Position numbers and translations under genes: made by a program. The notes under the pieces are model-generated. The model saw only the letters and a list, made by a program, of their open reading frames with translations. It made no database searches and was not told the DNA's origin. A stretch of 64,000 bases of DNA from Escherichia phage ManiMatter_Bas94: sequence record PQ850617.1; one strand, written 5' to 3'. Positions 17,963 through 28,715 of this stretch are shown in pieces; the stretch's first letter is position 1; each line of letters starts with the position of its first letter.

Positions 17963-20900
17963 ATGGCTAACATTAAACCGTGGGAAGAAGCTTCCAAAGC
18001 TCCTGCGTATCTGAATGCCTCTCCGGAGCAACAGGCTCAAATGAGAGAACAATATAAGGCAGCAGGTGGCTTTATTCCTGAGGAACAACCAGTAGCACAA
18101 CCACAACAAGAAGAACGTGGTGTTATAGGTGAGGTTGCTCAAGGTGTGTCAAATGCTCTTCAATCTGGTGGTGCAAACATTGCAGCTAGTGCTGCTAAAG
18201 GTATTGGTGGTTTAGTTGAGATTGGTGAAGATCTAATTGGAGCACAAACTAGTTATGGTAAGCGTATCCAAGAGAACTCTCAGAACCTTCTGAAAGAACG
18301 TATGGATAAGATTGAGGATGGGATTGGTAAAACTGCTGGTCAGTATGCTGGCGTTGTTGGTGATATTGGTTTGACAGTTACTAACCCGTTAGCTGCCGCT
18401 GCTATCATCGCAGGTCGTGAGACAGGTCGTGCATATGCAGACCAAACCCCTAAAGAGGGAGAAGACAAGTCTGTTCTGGATGCAGCCTTAGTTGGTGGTG
18501 CTAACTATGCAGCTCAGAGAATTCTTCCGGGTGCTGTTGGTACAGCTGAATCTACACTTGGTCGTATCGGTCAGAACGTTGTTACTAACGCAGTGGCTGG
18601 TGCTAAAGGCGGTGCTCTTGTAGGTGCTGCTGAAGCTCAGAACAAATATGGTGATGACACAACCTTTGCTAATGTCTTAGAAGGCGCTATTGAAGAAGGT
18701 GCTATTGGTGCTGCATTCGGTGGTGCAGTTGGTGGTGTTCATGGCTTAATTAGCCGTCCAGATTCTGCTGTCTTCAAGAATACTCCAGAATATGCAAAGA
18801 CTGACATTGCTGCTGACGATGAGCTGATTCGTAGTGCTAAGACTGTTGATGAACTGAAAGAAGCCTACTCTAAAGCTGAAACTGCTAACGCCGCTTCCGC
18901 TCTTAATCTTCTGGATGAGAATGGATTCCGTATTACTGATGCTGTTGCTTTAGATTCTCCTGCTGCTCAGCGTATTCTTAATACAGACCAAGCCAGTGCT
19001 GAGAAAGCTGCTTCTGCTCAGAAAGAGCATTCTAACATTCCGGGCCTCAATCCTTTGGCTCCTCCTGCTAAGACTCGTGGTAAAGCATTCGCTGATAACG
19101 AGCACAACCAGAAGAAAGCTGTCGCTATGAAAGATGCAATGGCTGACTACACCAAGGATAACACGAAAGTTCTTACAGATGTTCTAGATAACCTAGACCG
19201 TGAATTAACTGCTTACCGAGCTGCTGATGATTTTACTGGCAATCCACTTGATGTCAAGAATCGCACACAAGCTGACCGTGACTTCGTTGATGCTTATAAG
19301 ACTTTCTATAATGAAGCAAATCGATTCAAAGCTCGTGATGGTGAAGACTTTAACAACTTTGTAGAGAAAGCTACTGAGCTACGGAAGATGGCTGATAACG
19401 TTTCTCCAGAGATGAAGAAAGCTATTAGTGGGTTGAAGAAACTGAAAGGTATGCCTGAAGGTTTTAACCCTATTCAAGATGCTTATACTCTGAACAATGC
19501 AGCTAAGTTCATGAGCAACCAAGACCGTGGTTGGACTTCCCTGACCGATGATGGATTCCGTGAGGCTTCTTCTCCTAGTCTGGTTATGAACACACTCGGT
19601 GCTGCTAAGTATGCTCTGAATCGCTTCTCTTCTCAGCGTGCTCGCTCTCAACGTGTTAAGCAACAAGAAGCTAACAGCGAAGCTATCCGCTCTCTGGCTC
19701 GTGGTGATTTGGAAGTTGCTCGTGCTAAATCTACTGCTGATGAAGCTCGTGCTAAAATGGAAGAAGAACCAGTTGTTGATGACATTAAATTTAAGACGCA
19801 AAATGACGTGGAAACCGAACCGGTTCGGGAGCCTTCTTCTAGTACTGTGACGGAAGAAAATCTTCCTTCTTCCACTCCTCAAGAAGCCCCTCTTACAGCT
19901 CGCGATTTAGTTGCTCAAAGACGTGCAGTTAAACAGGCAGAACAGCGTCGCGCTCAAGAAGAGGCCGCACAGGCTCCAGAACCCACTGTAGAGGAACCAA
20001 CGGTTAAAGCTGAGCCATTACCTGCCCGTGCTCCTAAAGCTCCTAAGGAGTCTATACAGGACGTTAAACCGGCAAGTGGTGTAGAACGTTTAGCTGCCAT
20101 GTCTAGTGCTGCTCGTCAGGCTACTATAGATCGTGCAGAACGTTTTGCTCGTTCTCTGTACTCTCAGACTGCTAAGGCTAAGGCCACTGCTGAAAACTTC
20201 TTGGCTTACAAGGGAAGTTATAGGGAGTTGATGCGTCGGATTCGTCAGGAAGATAATGCTATCAACACTGAGCGTCATGAAGAGATGGCTCGTAATCAGC
20301 TAGCTTCTCAGCAAGGTATTGCTACTGCTAAGAACAACACTGTACGAACTAACTTTGCTGAATGGGTTAAGGAACGTGGTCTGCCAGAAGACATTGCTAC
20401 TAAGGCATTACGTGCTGAAGAGAAGGGTTTAGGTGGGAACGTGACTAACTTAGATAGTCTGAAACGTCGTGCTGAAAGGTTGTATCAGAAGCAGCGTGAG
20501 GACGAGTTTGATAGACTGTATCAACAGGCTCTGGAAGAGAATAAAGCTTTTGATAAGAAGAATGCTCCTAAACTGGCTGACCAGAAGAAAGAACTTCAAT
20601 CTGAGATTGATACTTTGATTGATTCAGAACCTTTACGTCCTGCTCAGAAAGATGCTATGCGTAAACTGATGAATGACTTTGTAGATGAGAAGTTTAAATC
20701 TTCAGAGAAGGCTGGTAGGGAAGAAGCTTTGGAAGTAGGTCAGATGAAGGATATTTGGGATGGGTTTATTAACACCTATAACAGAGAAGTGAATGCCTTC
20801 AACAAAGCTAACAAGAACTCTCAGTACGAAGCTTTTGCTAAACACATACAGGCTCGTGAAGAACGTCTTGCTACTCTGAAAAATAAAGCTCAGGCTCGTG

Positions 20901-22270
20901 CTCAAGCGAAAGCTACAGCAGAAGCTGAACGTCAGTTACTCGAAGCTATTGCAGCTCAGAAGAGTGAGATTGAGAAGATGTTTGATGAGTTACCTAAACC
21001 TGTCCGCGAGGCTCAGGAAAGCCGTACTCTGAAACAGCTTGCAGCTCACCATGATAAGAACTCCCCTGTTCCTCCAGAACGTTTCCGTAGTATTATCGAA
21101 CGTATCCACAACGCCGAGTCAGATTACCTTGATCGTCAGCGTCGTTTAACTGATGCAGAAGAAGATGCTCGTCAGGCTAAGTGGAACAAAATGTATGAGC
21201 AAGCGGAAGAGATGGACCGTAAGTTTGAGATAGACAAAAGGGTTAAGCGCAGTGAAGAGCTTAAAGCGGCTCAGAAGCGTGAGAATGACCTTATGGCGGT
21301 ACAACGTCAACGTGACGACATCCATCGTCGCCTGATGCATACTTTGGAGGATAGGGGCATATCTAAAGAGGATGCTGAAGCATTTGCTGGTTCCTACATG
21401 GATAACCGTTATGCACTTCTTGATAAGCCTATGACTCCTACTGAACATCAGAATGCTCGTTCTCGTATTGAGGCTGATGTTGAGAAGTTTGCTAAGAAGT
21501 ACGAATCAATGACTCCTATTGAGAAAGAGATTGTTAAGGTTACTGGAGATACTGAAGGTAAGCTTGATAACTTGGATTCGGATACTAGGAAGGCTATTGA
21601 AGAGGCTCGGAAGGTAGACTCTGATATTAAGAAACTGCAAGAGGAAGAGATGGAGATGGAGAAGATTCGTTCTGCTCTGCCTGATGATGAAAGATCTCAA
21701 GCAAATTCTGATATCTTGGAAAGCATTAAACAGCAGGAAGAAGCCTTTGCTGATAAAGCAGAGAAAGCTTTCTTGAATGGGAAGAGCTTGGATGAGTTGG
21801 CTAGTGTGGCTGAAGTTTTAGACAGGGTTCATGGTGCAGACAAGGCTGGTAACAACCGTCGCTTTGTACGTGCATTGCAGACTGCTGCTGAAAACAAGAA
21901 GAAGTATGGTGATAATCCGGTAGCTTGGTTTAGTGCTGATGATTATTCTGCTATTGCTAAACTTGGTGCTTCTTCCGCAGGTGGTAACAAATCTAGAGCA
22001 CTGGAGAAAATCTTTGGTTCTACAGCTGAACAAGCTAAGAGTAAGTTGCTTGGCAGGGATGATGTAGCGAAGATGAGACGTGTAATTGAAGAGAACCCTG
22101 ATATTAAGATTCCTTCTTACAAGACAACGAATCGTACTGAGTACTTGCAGTTCTTGGAGAAGTTTAATGACGAAGGGAAGCCGAAGATTAAACGTGGCTC
22201 ATTGTCAGAGAAGCTTGAACGCAGTAAGCGTCAATCGAGACTCCGTGTAAGAGTTCGATCTAAGGAGTGA
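17963..22270 (+). CDS. Giant internal virion protein (1435 aa, T7 gp16-position; K/E/R/A-rich coiled coil)
   Basis: Longest ORF and last gene of the virion module. Gly/Ala-rich N-terminal third, then an extended charged helical region. Confidence 0.55.
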   Translation: MANIKPWEEASKAPAYLNASPEQQAQMREQYKAAGGFIPEEQPVAQPQQEERGVIGEVAQGVSNALQSGGANIAASAAKGIGGLVEIGEDLIGAQTSYGKRIQENSQNLLKERMDKIEDGIGKTAGQYAGVVGDIGLTVTNPLAAAAIIAGRETGRAYADQTPKEGEDKSVLDAALVGGANYAAQRILPGAVGTAESTLGRIGQNVVTNAVAGAKGGALVGAAEAQNKYGDDTTFANVLEGAIEEGAIGAAFGGAVGGVHGLISRPDSAVFKNTPEYAKTDIAADDELIRSAKTVDELKEAYSKAETANAASALNLLDENGFRITDAVALDSPAAQRILNTDQASAEKAASAQKEHSNIPGLNPLAPPAKTRGKAFADNEHNQKKAVAMKDAMADYTKDNTKVLTDVLDNLDRELTAYRAADDFTGNPLDVKNRTQADRDFVDAYKTFYNEANRFKARDGEDFNNFVEKATELRKMADNVSPEMKKAISGLKKLKGMPEGFNPIQDAYTLNNAAKFMSNQDRGWTSLTDDGFREASSPSLVMNTLGAAKYALNRFSSQRARSQRVKQQEANSEAIRSLARGDLEVARAKSTADEARAKMEEEPVVDDIKFKTQNDVETEPVREPSSSTVTEENLPSSTPQEAPLTARDLVAQRRAVKQAEQRRAQEEAAQAPEPTVEEPTVKAEPLPARAPKAPKESIQDVKPASGVERLAAMSSAARQATIDRAERFARSLYSQTAKAKATAENFLAYKGSYRELMRRIRQEDNAINTERHEEMARNQLASQQGIATAKNNTVRTNFAEWVKERGLPEDIATKALRAEEKGLGGNVTNLDSLKRRAERLYQKQREDEFDRLYQQALEENKAFDKKNAPKLADQKKELQSEIDTLIDSEPLRPAQKDAMRKLMNDFVDEKFKSSEKAGREEALEVGQMKDIWDGFINTYNREVNAFNKANKNSQYEAFAKHIQAREERLATLKNKAQARAQAKATAEAERQLLEAIAAQKSEIEKMFDELPKPVREAQESRTLKQLAAHHDKNSPVPPERFRSIIERIHNAESDYLDRQRRLTDAEEDARQAKWNKMYEQAEEMDRKFEIDKRVKRSEELKAAQKRENDLMAVQRQRDDIHRRLMHTLEDRGISKEDAEAFAGSYMDNRYALLDKPMTPTEHQNARSRIEADVEKFAKKYESMTPIEKEIVKVTGDTEGKLDNLDSDTRKAIEEARKVDSDIKKLQEEEMEMEKIRSALPDDERSQANSDILESIKQQEEAFADKAEKAFLNGKSLDELASVAEVLDRVHGADKAGNNRRFVRALQTAAENKKKYGDNPVAWFSADDYSAIAKLGASSAGGNKSRALEKIFGSTAEQAKSKLLGRDDVAKMRRVIEENPDIKIPSYKTTNRTEYLQFLEKFNDEGKPKIKRGSLSEKLERSKRQSRLRVRVRSKE

Positions 22271-22277
22271 TAAAAGA

Positions 22278-22322
22278 AAAGCCCTCAAGGAGAAAACCTC
22301 TTTGAGGGCTTTATTTGTTTTT
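22278..22322. terminator. Bidirectional terminator between convergent modules
   Basis: Long hairpin gccctcaa(gg ag..ct c)ttgagggc flanked by an A-run upstream and ttatttgttttt downstream. The plus-strand and minus-strand gene trains meet here. Confidence 0.8.
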
Positions 22323-22482
22323 AGAGGTTATTGATGAAATTAATCAGACGTTCTTCACTATCATCAAAAGCTTTTCCAGCTGCTTCCATGTCCCAAGTAT
22401 TGGCATTGTCAATAAAGCTCTGAGCTTCTAATAGATCGTGGATTAAGTCGAAGAGTTTATTTTTATCTGATTGTGTGATCAT
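22321..22482 (-). CDS. Small hypothetical protein (53 aa, below ORF-track cutoff)
   Basis: Hand translation gives MITQSDKNKLFDLIHDLLEAQSFIDNANTWDMEAAGKAFDDSEERLINFINNL. SD agga with 6 nt spacer. Confidence 0.45.
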   Translation of the reverse strand: MITQSDKNKLFDLIHDLLEAQSFIDNANTWDMEAAGKAFDDSEERLINFINNL

Positions 22483-22490
22483 GTAAGTTC

Positions 22491-22718
22491 CTAGATTAAA
22501 TCGTAATATTGAATAATGTCAGAGAGTTTGAACTCTCGAATCTCGTCTTTCTCTACATCTATCGCTGTCATAATCCAACAAGGTTTGCCACAGTTATGAA
22601 AACGGGAGCTAGCAACGGAGGTTCGGAGTGGAATAACGGACCGGTCAGCAACCTCGCCTCTCCAATTGCGATAGCGAAAGCGAAGCACTTGTTGCGTAGA
22701 TTTTTGATCATCACTCAT
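22491..22718 (-). CDS. Small WYL-like beta-barrel protein (75 aa)
   Basis: Start moved to ATG 22718 (ATGAGTGATGA overlap with the upstream stop). RGEVADRSVIPL...CWIMTAIDVEKDEIREFKLSDI follows the WYL-domain pattern R.v.P....WyL.a.D....R.F....I. Confidence 0.4.
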   Translation of the reverse strand: MSDDQKSTQQVLRFRYRNWRGEVADRSVIPLRTSVASSRFHNCGKPCWIMTAIDVEKDEIREFKLSDIIQYYDLI

Positions 22719-23112
22719 TTCCTTTTTTGAATTGTTTTCTTGCATCATTCTCTTCTTTTGTTTTAATCTTATGACAAGGATCTTTACACAGAACCTGAAA
22801 ACCTTCTTTCTCACACAGAGCACGAGAGATGATTTCATCCCAAGTAGCTTCATGGTCAAGAGGTACTATAGGCTCTATGTGGTCAATAGCCATATCTTTT
22901 ACAGGGTGGTCAGAACCACACATGGCACACTTAAAGTGCATTGCCAGTCTACCTGTCTTTGGATTAATCTTCTGTTCTGTCTTGGCTTCTGCTAGTGCAT
23001 CGAACATGGGCTTCCACTTTCTAGTCAGAGAACGAATCCCTGACTTGATGAAAGAGTTGTAACGAGCTTCAGTCCAAGTTCCACTACATCGTGTCTTCTC
23101 AGACTTCGCCAT
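22711..23112 (-). CDS. HNH endonuclease
   Basis: CAMCGS..., AIDHIEPIVP and ..CKDPCHKIK form a His-Me finger with Cys pairs. Confidence 0.7.
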   Translation of the reverse strand: MAKSEKTRCSGTWTEARYNSFIKSGIRSLTRKWKPMFDALAEAKTEQKINPKTGRLAMHFKCAMCGSDHPVKDMAIDHIEPIVPLDHEATWDEIISRALCEKEGFQVLCKDPCHKIKTKEENDARKQFKKGNE

Positions 23113-23278
23113 AATCAGCTTCTTCCCAAACTCGTTTGTTTACACGATGACTCACTTTGCCCTCACGAGGAATACGACCTGTCCGCTGATCAAACAGTTG
23201 ATGTTTAATCTTTTGATCTTTACGAGATTCACGATTGGAAGAGTTTTCATCATATGAACGATAATCAAATTTACCCAT
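23099..23278 (-). CDS. Small basic hypothetical protein (59 aa)
   Basis: Start moved to ATG 23278 (SD aagga, 7 nt), downstream of the FEN stop at 23292. The end overlaps the HNH start. Confidence 0.4.
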   Translation of the reverse strand: MGKFDYRSYDENSSNRESRKDQKIKHQLFDQRTGRIPREGKVSHRVNKRVWEEADYGEV

Positions 23279-23291
23279 TATAATATCCTTA

Positions 23292-24110
23292 TCACCAAAT
23301 TTTTTCGAGCCACGACCAATCAAATAGGTCTTCCGGAGCCTGACCAACAAAGAGCAGCCGAGCATTCTCAAGCATTTTCTCTTCATCTTCAGTATCGAAC
23401 TTCTTATAATATTCCATTCGTACTATATGATACATGGTCCACTTATCTGTAACCCCAGCCAACAACTTAGCTGCTGCTTTCTTCCCTATTCCTTGACGTC
23501 GAAGCTGGAGCTTACCGCCCCACATCACTTCTTTACGTTCACCACATCCGGGAATATTATCTGTTCCATCTCCAATCAGCATCTGATAGAAGAAATTTTG
23601 CCATGAAACTAAATCAGATACGTAGTGAGGAGGAACCTCTTTTTGTCTTTCTCCACAAGCCCAACGGTAATGCCATCCGGGAGTTATTAACAAATCTTTG
23701 TCTCTAGTACAGATGATAGTGTTCTTATCTCTACGTTGCCTTTCAGCTAGTGCATCATCAGCCTCTCTCCCAAATACATCTATGTATTCATACTTACCTT
23801 TAATATAATCACCGACATTTTGCCAGTGAAAAGGTCTTTCTCCGGGAGGTCTGTTTGCTTTGTAGTCTTGCTGCTTAGCAACATCGAAACGGAAGTTACC
23901 GCCTTCGCTGAAGTAGAACACAACCTTGCTGCAACCTGAGCGAGCAATGATAGTATCTATCTTGTACTGAAGTCGTTCAATCATGAAATTATAATCAACT
24001 GGAACACGTCCTGTGTCAAGAAAGGGATGCTCCTGAGTAAGAGCACCCACTTCATATCGAAGAACGTCAGCATCCACTATAGCTACTTCAGGGAGCTTAA
24101 CGTCTTCCAT
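23292..24110 (-). CDS. 5'-3' exonuclease / flap endonuclease (T7 gp6 / T5 D15 family)
   Basis: Motifs YKANR, GREADDALA, TRDKDLL, and GDGTDNIPGCG...GIGKKAAAKLL (helix-3-turn-helix). Confidence 0.9.
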   Translation of the reverse strand: MEDVKLPEVAIVDADVLRYEVGALTQEHPFLDTGRVPVDYNFMIERLQYKIDTIIARSGCSKVVFYFSEGGNFRFDVAKQQDYKANRPPGERPFHWQNVGDYIKGKYEYIDVFGREADDALAERQRRDKNTIICTRDKDLLITPGWHYRWACGERQKEVPPHYVSDLVSWQNFFYQMLIGDGTDNIPGCGERKEVMWGGKLQLRRQGIGKKAAAKLLAGVTDKWTMYHIVRMEYYKKFDTEDEEKMLENARLLFVGQAPEDLFDWSWLEKIW

Positions 24111-24111
24111 A

Positions 24112-25282
<1,171 letters not shown>

Positions 25283-25529
25283 AATGCATCTCTTTATAAA
25301 TAGTTTCCGTGTTCTTCTTCCAGTTAGATAAACCGGTAAGAACTCTCTGAGCAACTTCATCAGCTGCCTTGCTTCTTTCAATCTCTAACTCTTGTTGATG
25401 CTTTTCTTTATCCAGATTGTTACTATCTGTTCTGTACTCATTAAACTTCATTCCGCCAAAGAACACCAGAGCAGAGAAGATAACAAATCCTAGATTATCA
25501 CTTAAAGTGCTTTGCATATTGACCCCAAC

Positions 25530-25553
25530 GAAAAAAGCCACCCGAAGGTGGCT
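25530..25553 (-). terminator. Rho-independent terminator after the SSB gene
   Basis: Minus strand reads agccacc-ttcg-ggtggct followed by tttttt. Confidence 0.85.
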
Positions 25554-25574
25554 AAGCTATAACAAGGAGAGTTA

Positions 25575-26321
25575 TTAGAATGGGCTGTCGTTGTCGTCTT
25601 CGTAGGTAGAAGCAGGCTCTTTATCAATCGTAGGGATTGAAGGAGTAGCTTCTTTCTGTTCTGTTTCAGAAGCACGAGTAATTTCACGACCAGCCAGAGG
25701 TATGTTCTTAGCGTCATTAGCTTGAGTAAGCAGGTTGCGCTGGAACGGGAACATCAGTTGATAAGATGCTACGTTCTCATCGGTTTCAGCATACGGTTCG
25801 AAGAATACCAGAGGACTACGAGCTTCACCAACTGCTGCACGATATTTGGTTGGGATTGGAGAAATGGTTTTGATGGAGTTTTTAACTTCACCAGCTTTGT
25901 TAGTGTAGGAGTTAACCAGAATGTTAACAGGCTGACCTAACAGCACATCCTTAAACCAAGACAGATCACCTTTCAGTGCTTGAATGCTTGGGTCAATCAT
26001 CTTGCAAAGATCAAGGATACCAGAGTTCTTAGCTCGTGGGTTTACATCATAACTCTTGAACTGGCAAGCAGGACGTGGTTCTAATGCCTTACCATCGGAA
26101 TCTTTACCCGTAGCATCAACACCAATCAGCTCGAAAGCCAAATCCATACGGAAAGCTGGATTCTTAGGAGTTACTGCTTTGGTCTTCGGGTCAATCCAAG
26201 GGTCACGATTGTGAACACCCAAACCTACTACACGAACAATACGTGCTTCGTATTCACCATCAGGGATTACATCGTAGTTGGATTTACGAGAAGAAGTTGC
26301 GATAGTTGGAATCATAGACAT
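25575..26321 (-). CDS. ssDNA-binding protein (T7 gp2.5-like)
   Basis: Acidic C-terminal tail STYEDDNDSPF ends in an aromatic residue, as in SSB/gp2.5 tails. High-expression codon bias, own promoter and own terminator. Confidence 0.6.
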   Translation of the reverse strand: MSMIPTIATSSRKSNYDVIPDGEYEARIVRVVGLGVHNRDPWIDPKTKAVTPKNPAFRMDLAFELIGVDATGKDSDGKALEPRPACQFKSYDVNPRAKNSGILDLCKMIDPSIQALKGDLSWFKDVLLGQPVNILVNSYTNKAGEVKNSIKTISPIPTKYRAAVGEARSPLVFFEPYAETDENVASYQLMFPFQRNLLTQANDAKNIPLAGREITRASETEQKEATPSIPTIDKEPASTYEDDNDSPF

Positions 26322-26380
26322 ATTTTAATTTCCTTATTTAATTTGAAAGATTGTTGCTCTCTTTGAGCGGTTATGTATAA

Positions 26381-26389
26381 TATACATTA
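26381..26389 (-). promoter_or_regulatory. TAATGTATA motif (minus strand) upstream of the SSB gene
   Basis: Plus-strand tatacatta is an exact minus-strand motif about 60 nt upstream of ATG 26321. It forms a near-palindrome with ttatgtata (26371-26379). Confidence 0.55.
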
Positions 26390-26452
26390 CGCTTATACCG
26401 ATAAGAGTACTATATAATATAAGTGTCTTTGGTAGTAGATATAACACACTAG

Positions 26453-26461
26453 TAATGTATA
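26453..26461 (+). promoter_or_regulatory. Orphan plus-strand TAATGTATA motif with GGTAGTAGATAT upstream element
   Basis: Exact motif pointing rightward into ORF-free sequence inside the leftward gene train. GGTAGTAGATAT lies 10 nt upstream, the same arrangement as at 36386 on the minus strand. Confidence 0.45.
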
Positions 26462-26557
26462 TATTGTATAGCTGATAAAGTTATTGCAGGCTTGTATATT
26501 GGGCAATTCATAGAATCCCTTGCAAGTACCGAAGGGCAGGAGCCACCTGCGAGATAA

Positions 26558-26623
26558 AAATAGAGAATTAAGGAATCCTTGATTTAGGTTGTAGGGACTC
26601 CTAGGGACTTTGATTCTCTATTT
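26558..26623. terminator. Long inverted repeat (11-bp arms), probable minus-strand terminator
   Basis: Arms aaatagagaat...attctctattt. On the minus strand the hairpin is followed by TTTTTATCTC. Confidence 0.55.
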
Positions 26624-26742
26624 AAAAGAATAAATAATTACTATATCTAATACTAAACAGACTGAAACAAAGATAAGAAACTTCTTATAAATACTCATTA
26701 CTTATCATCTAAATAGTTAACTAATCTCTGATATAAAGAAGT

Positions 26743-26931
26743 TTAAATCAAGCATCCATCACAAACATAGTCTCCACTAAGAGACTCTTGTAACAAACGA
26801 TTTTGTTCCTCTGAATATAGAGAATTTACTAATTCTTTTAACTCTGAAAGAGTGATGAAATCAATAGTATTTCCATTATCTAAAATAGAAGAGTTAAGTA
26901 AATATTCATTGTCTTTAATTTTATTAATCAT
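26743..26931 (-). CDS. Hypothetical protein (62 aa, AT-rich)
   Basis: ORF-track ORF. ATGA coupling to the upstream small ORF. Confidence 0.45.
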   Translation of the reverse strand: MINKIKDNEYLLNSSILDNGNTIDFITLSELKELVNSLYSEEQNRLLQESLSGDYVCDGCLI

Positions 26932-27068
26932 TCTTCATTTCCTTTTACTTCAGCGTAGACTTTGATAATGCCCTTAAGAACTTCCTTAGAAGCAATAGCA
27001 CTTTCTTCAGAGGTGTGAATAGTAGAAAACTCTTTCTTTCCAATCTTGTAAGTGTGAACCCAAATCAT
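26928..27068 (-). CDS. Small hypothetical protein (46 aa)
   Basis: Hand translation gives MIWVHTYKIGKKEFSTIHTSEESAIASKEVLKGIIKVYAEVKGNEE. ATGA overlap downstream. Confidence 0.4.
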   Translation of the reverse strand: MIWVHTYKIGKKEFSTIHTSEESAIASKEVLKGIIKVYAEVKGNEE

Positions 27069-27070
27069 AC

Positions 27071-27232
27071 TTATTCCTCGTATTCCCAATTTCTTTCATA
27101 ATATCCAGAGTTATAATTTAGAGCGCATCTCTCAGCCTCTTCTATGTCATCAGTGTTTAGGATATTTACCCACCCACCAACTTCATCAAAACCTTCTTCC
27201 TCTTCGTTAAACCATACACTATACTTTTTCAT
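27071..27232 (-). CDS. Small acidic hypothetical protein (53 aa)
   Basis: Hand translation gives MKKYSVWFNEEEEGFDEVGGWVNILNTDDIEEAERCALNYNSGYYERNWEYEE. ATGA overlap with the upstream gene. Confidence 0.4.
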   Translation of the reverse strand: MKKYSVWFNEEEEGFDEVGGWVNILNTDDIEEAERCALNYNSGYYERNWEYEE

Positions 27233-27621
27233 CGAATCACCAAAGGCTCTTCAGAGTACACAGGAGCGGCTATTTCTACAGGAGGTGCTGCCCTAAGGTC
27301 ATTAAGTCTTACACCCTTCAGCATCCCATCTAGGTGGTCCTTTTTGGGTATTCCAACAGGGAAGTCGTCAATCCAGATATCTACAAAGAAACCTAACTGG
27401 CGACATACGTCATCTTTCTGAACACCATTGCAAAAGATGATAGGAATCTGCAAACGCTCTGCATCAATCTTAATGTCGTGATTATCATACCCATTAGGCT
27501 CTGCAAAGCGGTAAGTTACAAAACGTACATCATAACCTTTGGCTTGCATTAATGCCACCACAGATCGCCACAGCTCTTTATCTGAGGTGTAAGTATCATC
27601 GTAATCTAAACCAATATTCAT
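27229..27621 (-). CDS. HAD-superfamily phosphatase (nucleotidase candidate)
   Basis: N-terminal DxDxT motif (GLDYDDTYT) and C-terminal acidic motif DIWIDDFP. Confidence 0.5.
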   Translation of the reverse strand: MNIGLDYDDTYTSDKELWRSVVALMQAKGYDVRFVTYRFAEPNGYDNHDIKIDAERLQIPIIFCNGVQKDDVCRQLGFFVDIWIDDFPVGIPKKDHLDGMLKGVRLNDLRAAPPVEIAAPVYSEEPLVIR

Positions 27622-27637
27622 GTTGAATCCTTTTAGA

Positions 27638-27662
27638 CAAGAAAAGCCGCCCTAAGGCAGCT
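27638..27662 (-). terminator. Rho-independent terminator
   Basis: Minus strand reads gctgcc-ttag-ggcggc (fully paired only on this strand, through a G-U pair) followed by ttttc. Confidence 0.6.
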
Positions 27663-27668
27663 TCTTAT

Positions 27669-27845
27669 TTAACTATTCACTTTAGCTTCAAGTGTTTCAT
27701 TTTCAATACTCAAGTCAATCACTACGCCAGTAAGCTCAACGACTGCTTGGCGAAGGGCGTCTTTACCCATAGAATGTACTTGAGATAAGAAGAAAGCTTT
27801 ACCTTCTTCCGTGGATAGGGTTTCTTTTAATTCAGAAGCAGTCAT
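27669..27845 (-). CDS. Small hypothetical protein (58 aa)
   Basis: Hand translation gives MTASELKETLSTEEGKAFFLSQVHSMGKDALRQAVVELTGVVIDLSIENETLEAKVNS. Confidence 0.4.
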   Translation of the reverse strand: MTASELKETLSTEEGKAFFLSQVHSMGKDALRQAVVELTGVVIDLSIENETLEAKVNS

Positions 27846-27859
27846 TGATATTCCTTATT

Positions 27860-28027
27860 TTACATTGTATAAATTCGCATGATTGTACCACCATCAGCTT
27901 CAATAGCAGAAACAACTTCATCTCGTTCTTCATCCGTGTACACTAGTACGCTTTTAAACGAGCCAGTCACATCTGTGTACAAAATGTTGTACTTGGGAGG
28001 TGGTTTACGGTAAATACCTTCCATCAT
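27860..28027 (-). CDS. Small hypothetical protein
   Basis: Start moved to ATG 28027 (MMEGIYRK..), which makes an ATGA overlap with a 39-aa upstream ORF. Confidence 0.4.
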   Translation of the reverse strand: MMEGIYRKPPPKYNILYTDVTGSFKSVLVYTDEERDEVVSAIEADGGTIMRIYTM

Positions 28028-28221
28028 TCTTTCTCCTCTCGTTCTTTCCACAGTTCAGCAAGCTCTAGGTAGAACTCAGCTTCATCAGGACGTCCTTGTT
28101 CATTACAGATGGCGCTTTGACGATAACACCAATCTGATGGCATCTCTTCCACTTCAATCTCCTTATTATGAACTAATCAATAAGACTAGTTCATTTGTAT
28201 TTCAATCTTTCAGTTCTGAAT

Positions 28222-28715
28222 TTAGTGTGTATGCATCCAGTTTAACCCAATCTGACAATCAGAAGCCAGAGGACACTCCATGTTCAAGTACTCACCAGCC
28301 TTCTTAACACAAAGCTCGGTGTACTCTTTGAGTTTCTGTACATCATTACGGTTCACTGAGAACTGGCCCTCATCGTGCATATCAATTACCTTAGCACAAC
28401 GAACTCCATCTTTCTCAATCCACTTGTTAAGGAACATCATAGCATATTTCATAACAACAGCACCAGCACATTGCAGGAGTGTGTTAAGGGCTTTATGAAC
28501 CATAACCTTACCAGTGGCATCCCGTCTCATTGTAATCTTACGACCATCAACGCCAATCAAATACCCTTGAGCAGCTTTCTCTGTCATACGATCAATGAGG
28601 ATTGCAATACATGGGTTCTCTGCCAAGAAGCGTGCTCGCATCACTGAACCTTCGTCAGCTCCACCACCTACGATTGAACCAAGCTTAGCATCACCAGCAC
28701 CATAGTTAAACGCAT
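28222..28715 (-). CDS. DNA polymerase (family A, T7 gp5-like), exon 2
   Basis: Begins (Y)AFNYGAGDAKLGSIVG, the second half of motif B. Contains motif C VIDMHDEGQF. There is no start codon at the true 5' end. Confidence 0.85.

Noticed and set aside
25518-25541. GTG 25541 as the i-spanin start
   Set aside because: The codons overlap the SSB terminator hairpin and T-run. ATG 25517 directly precedes the TMD.
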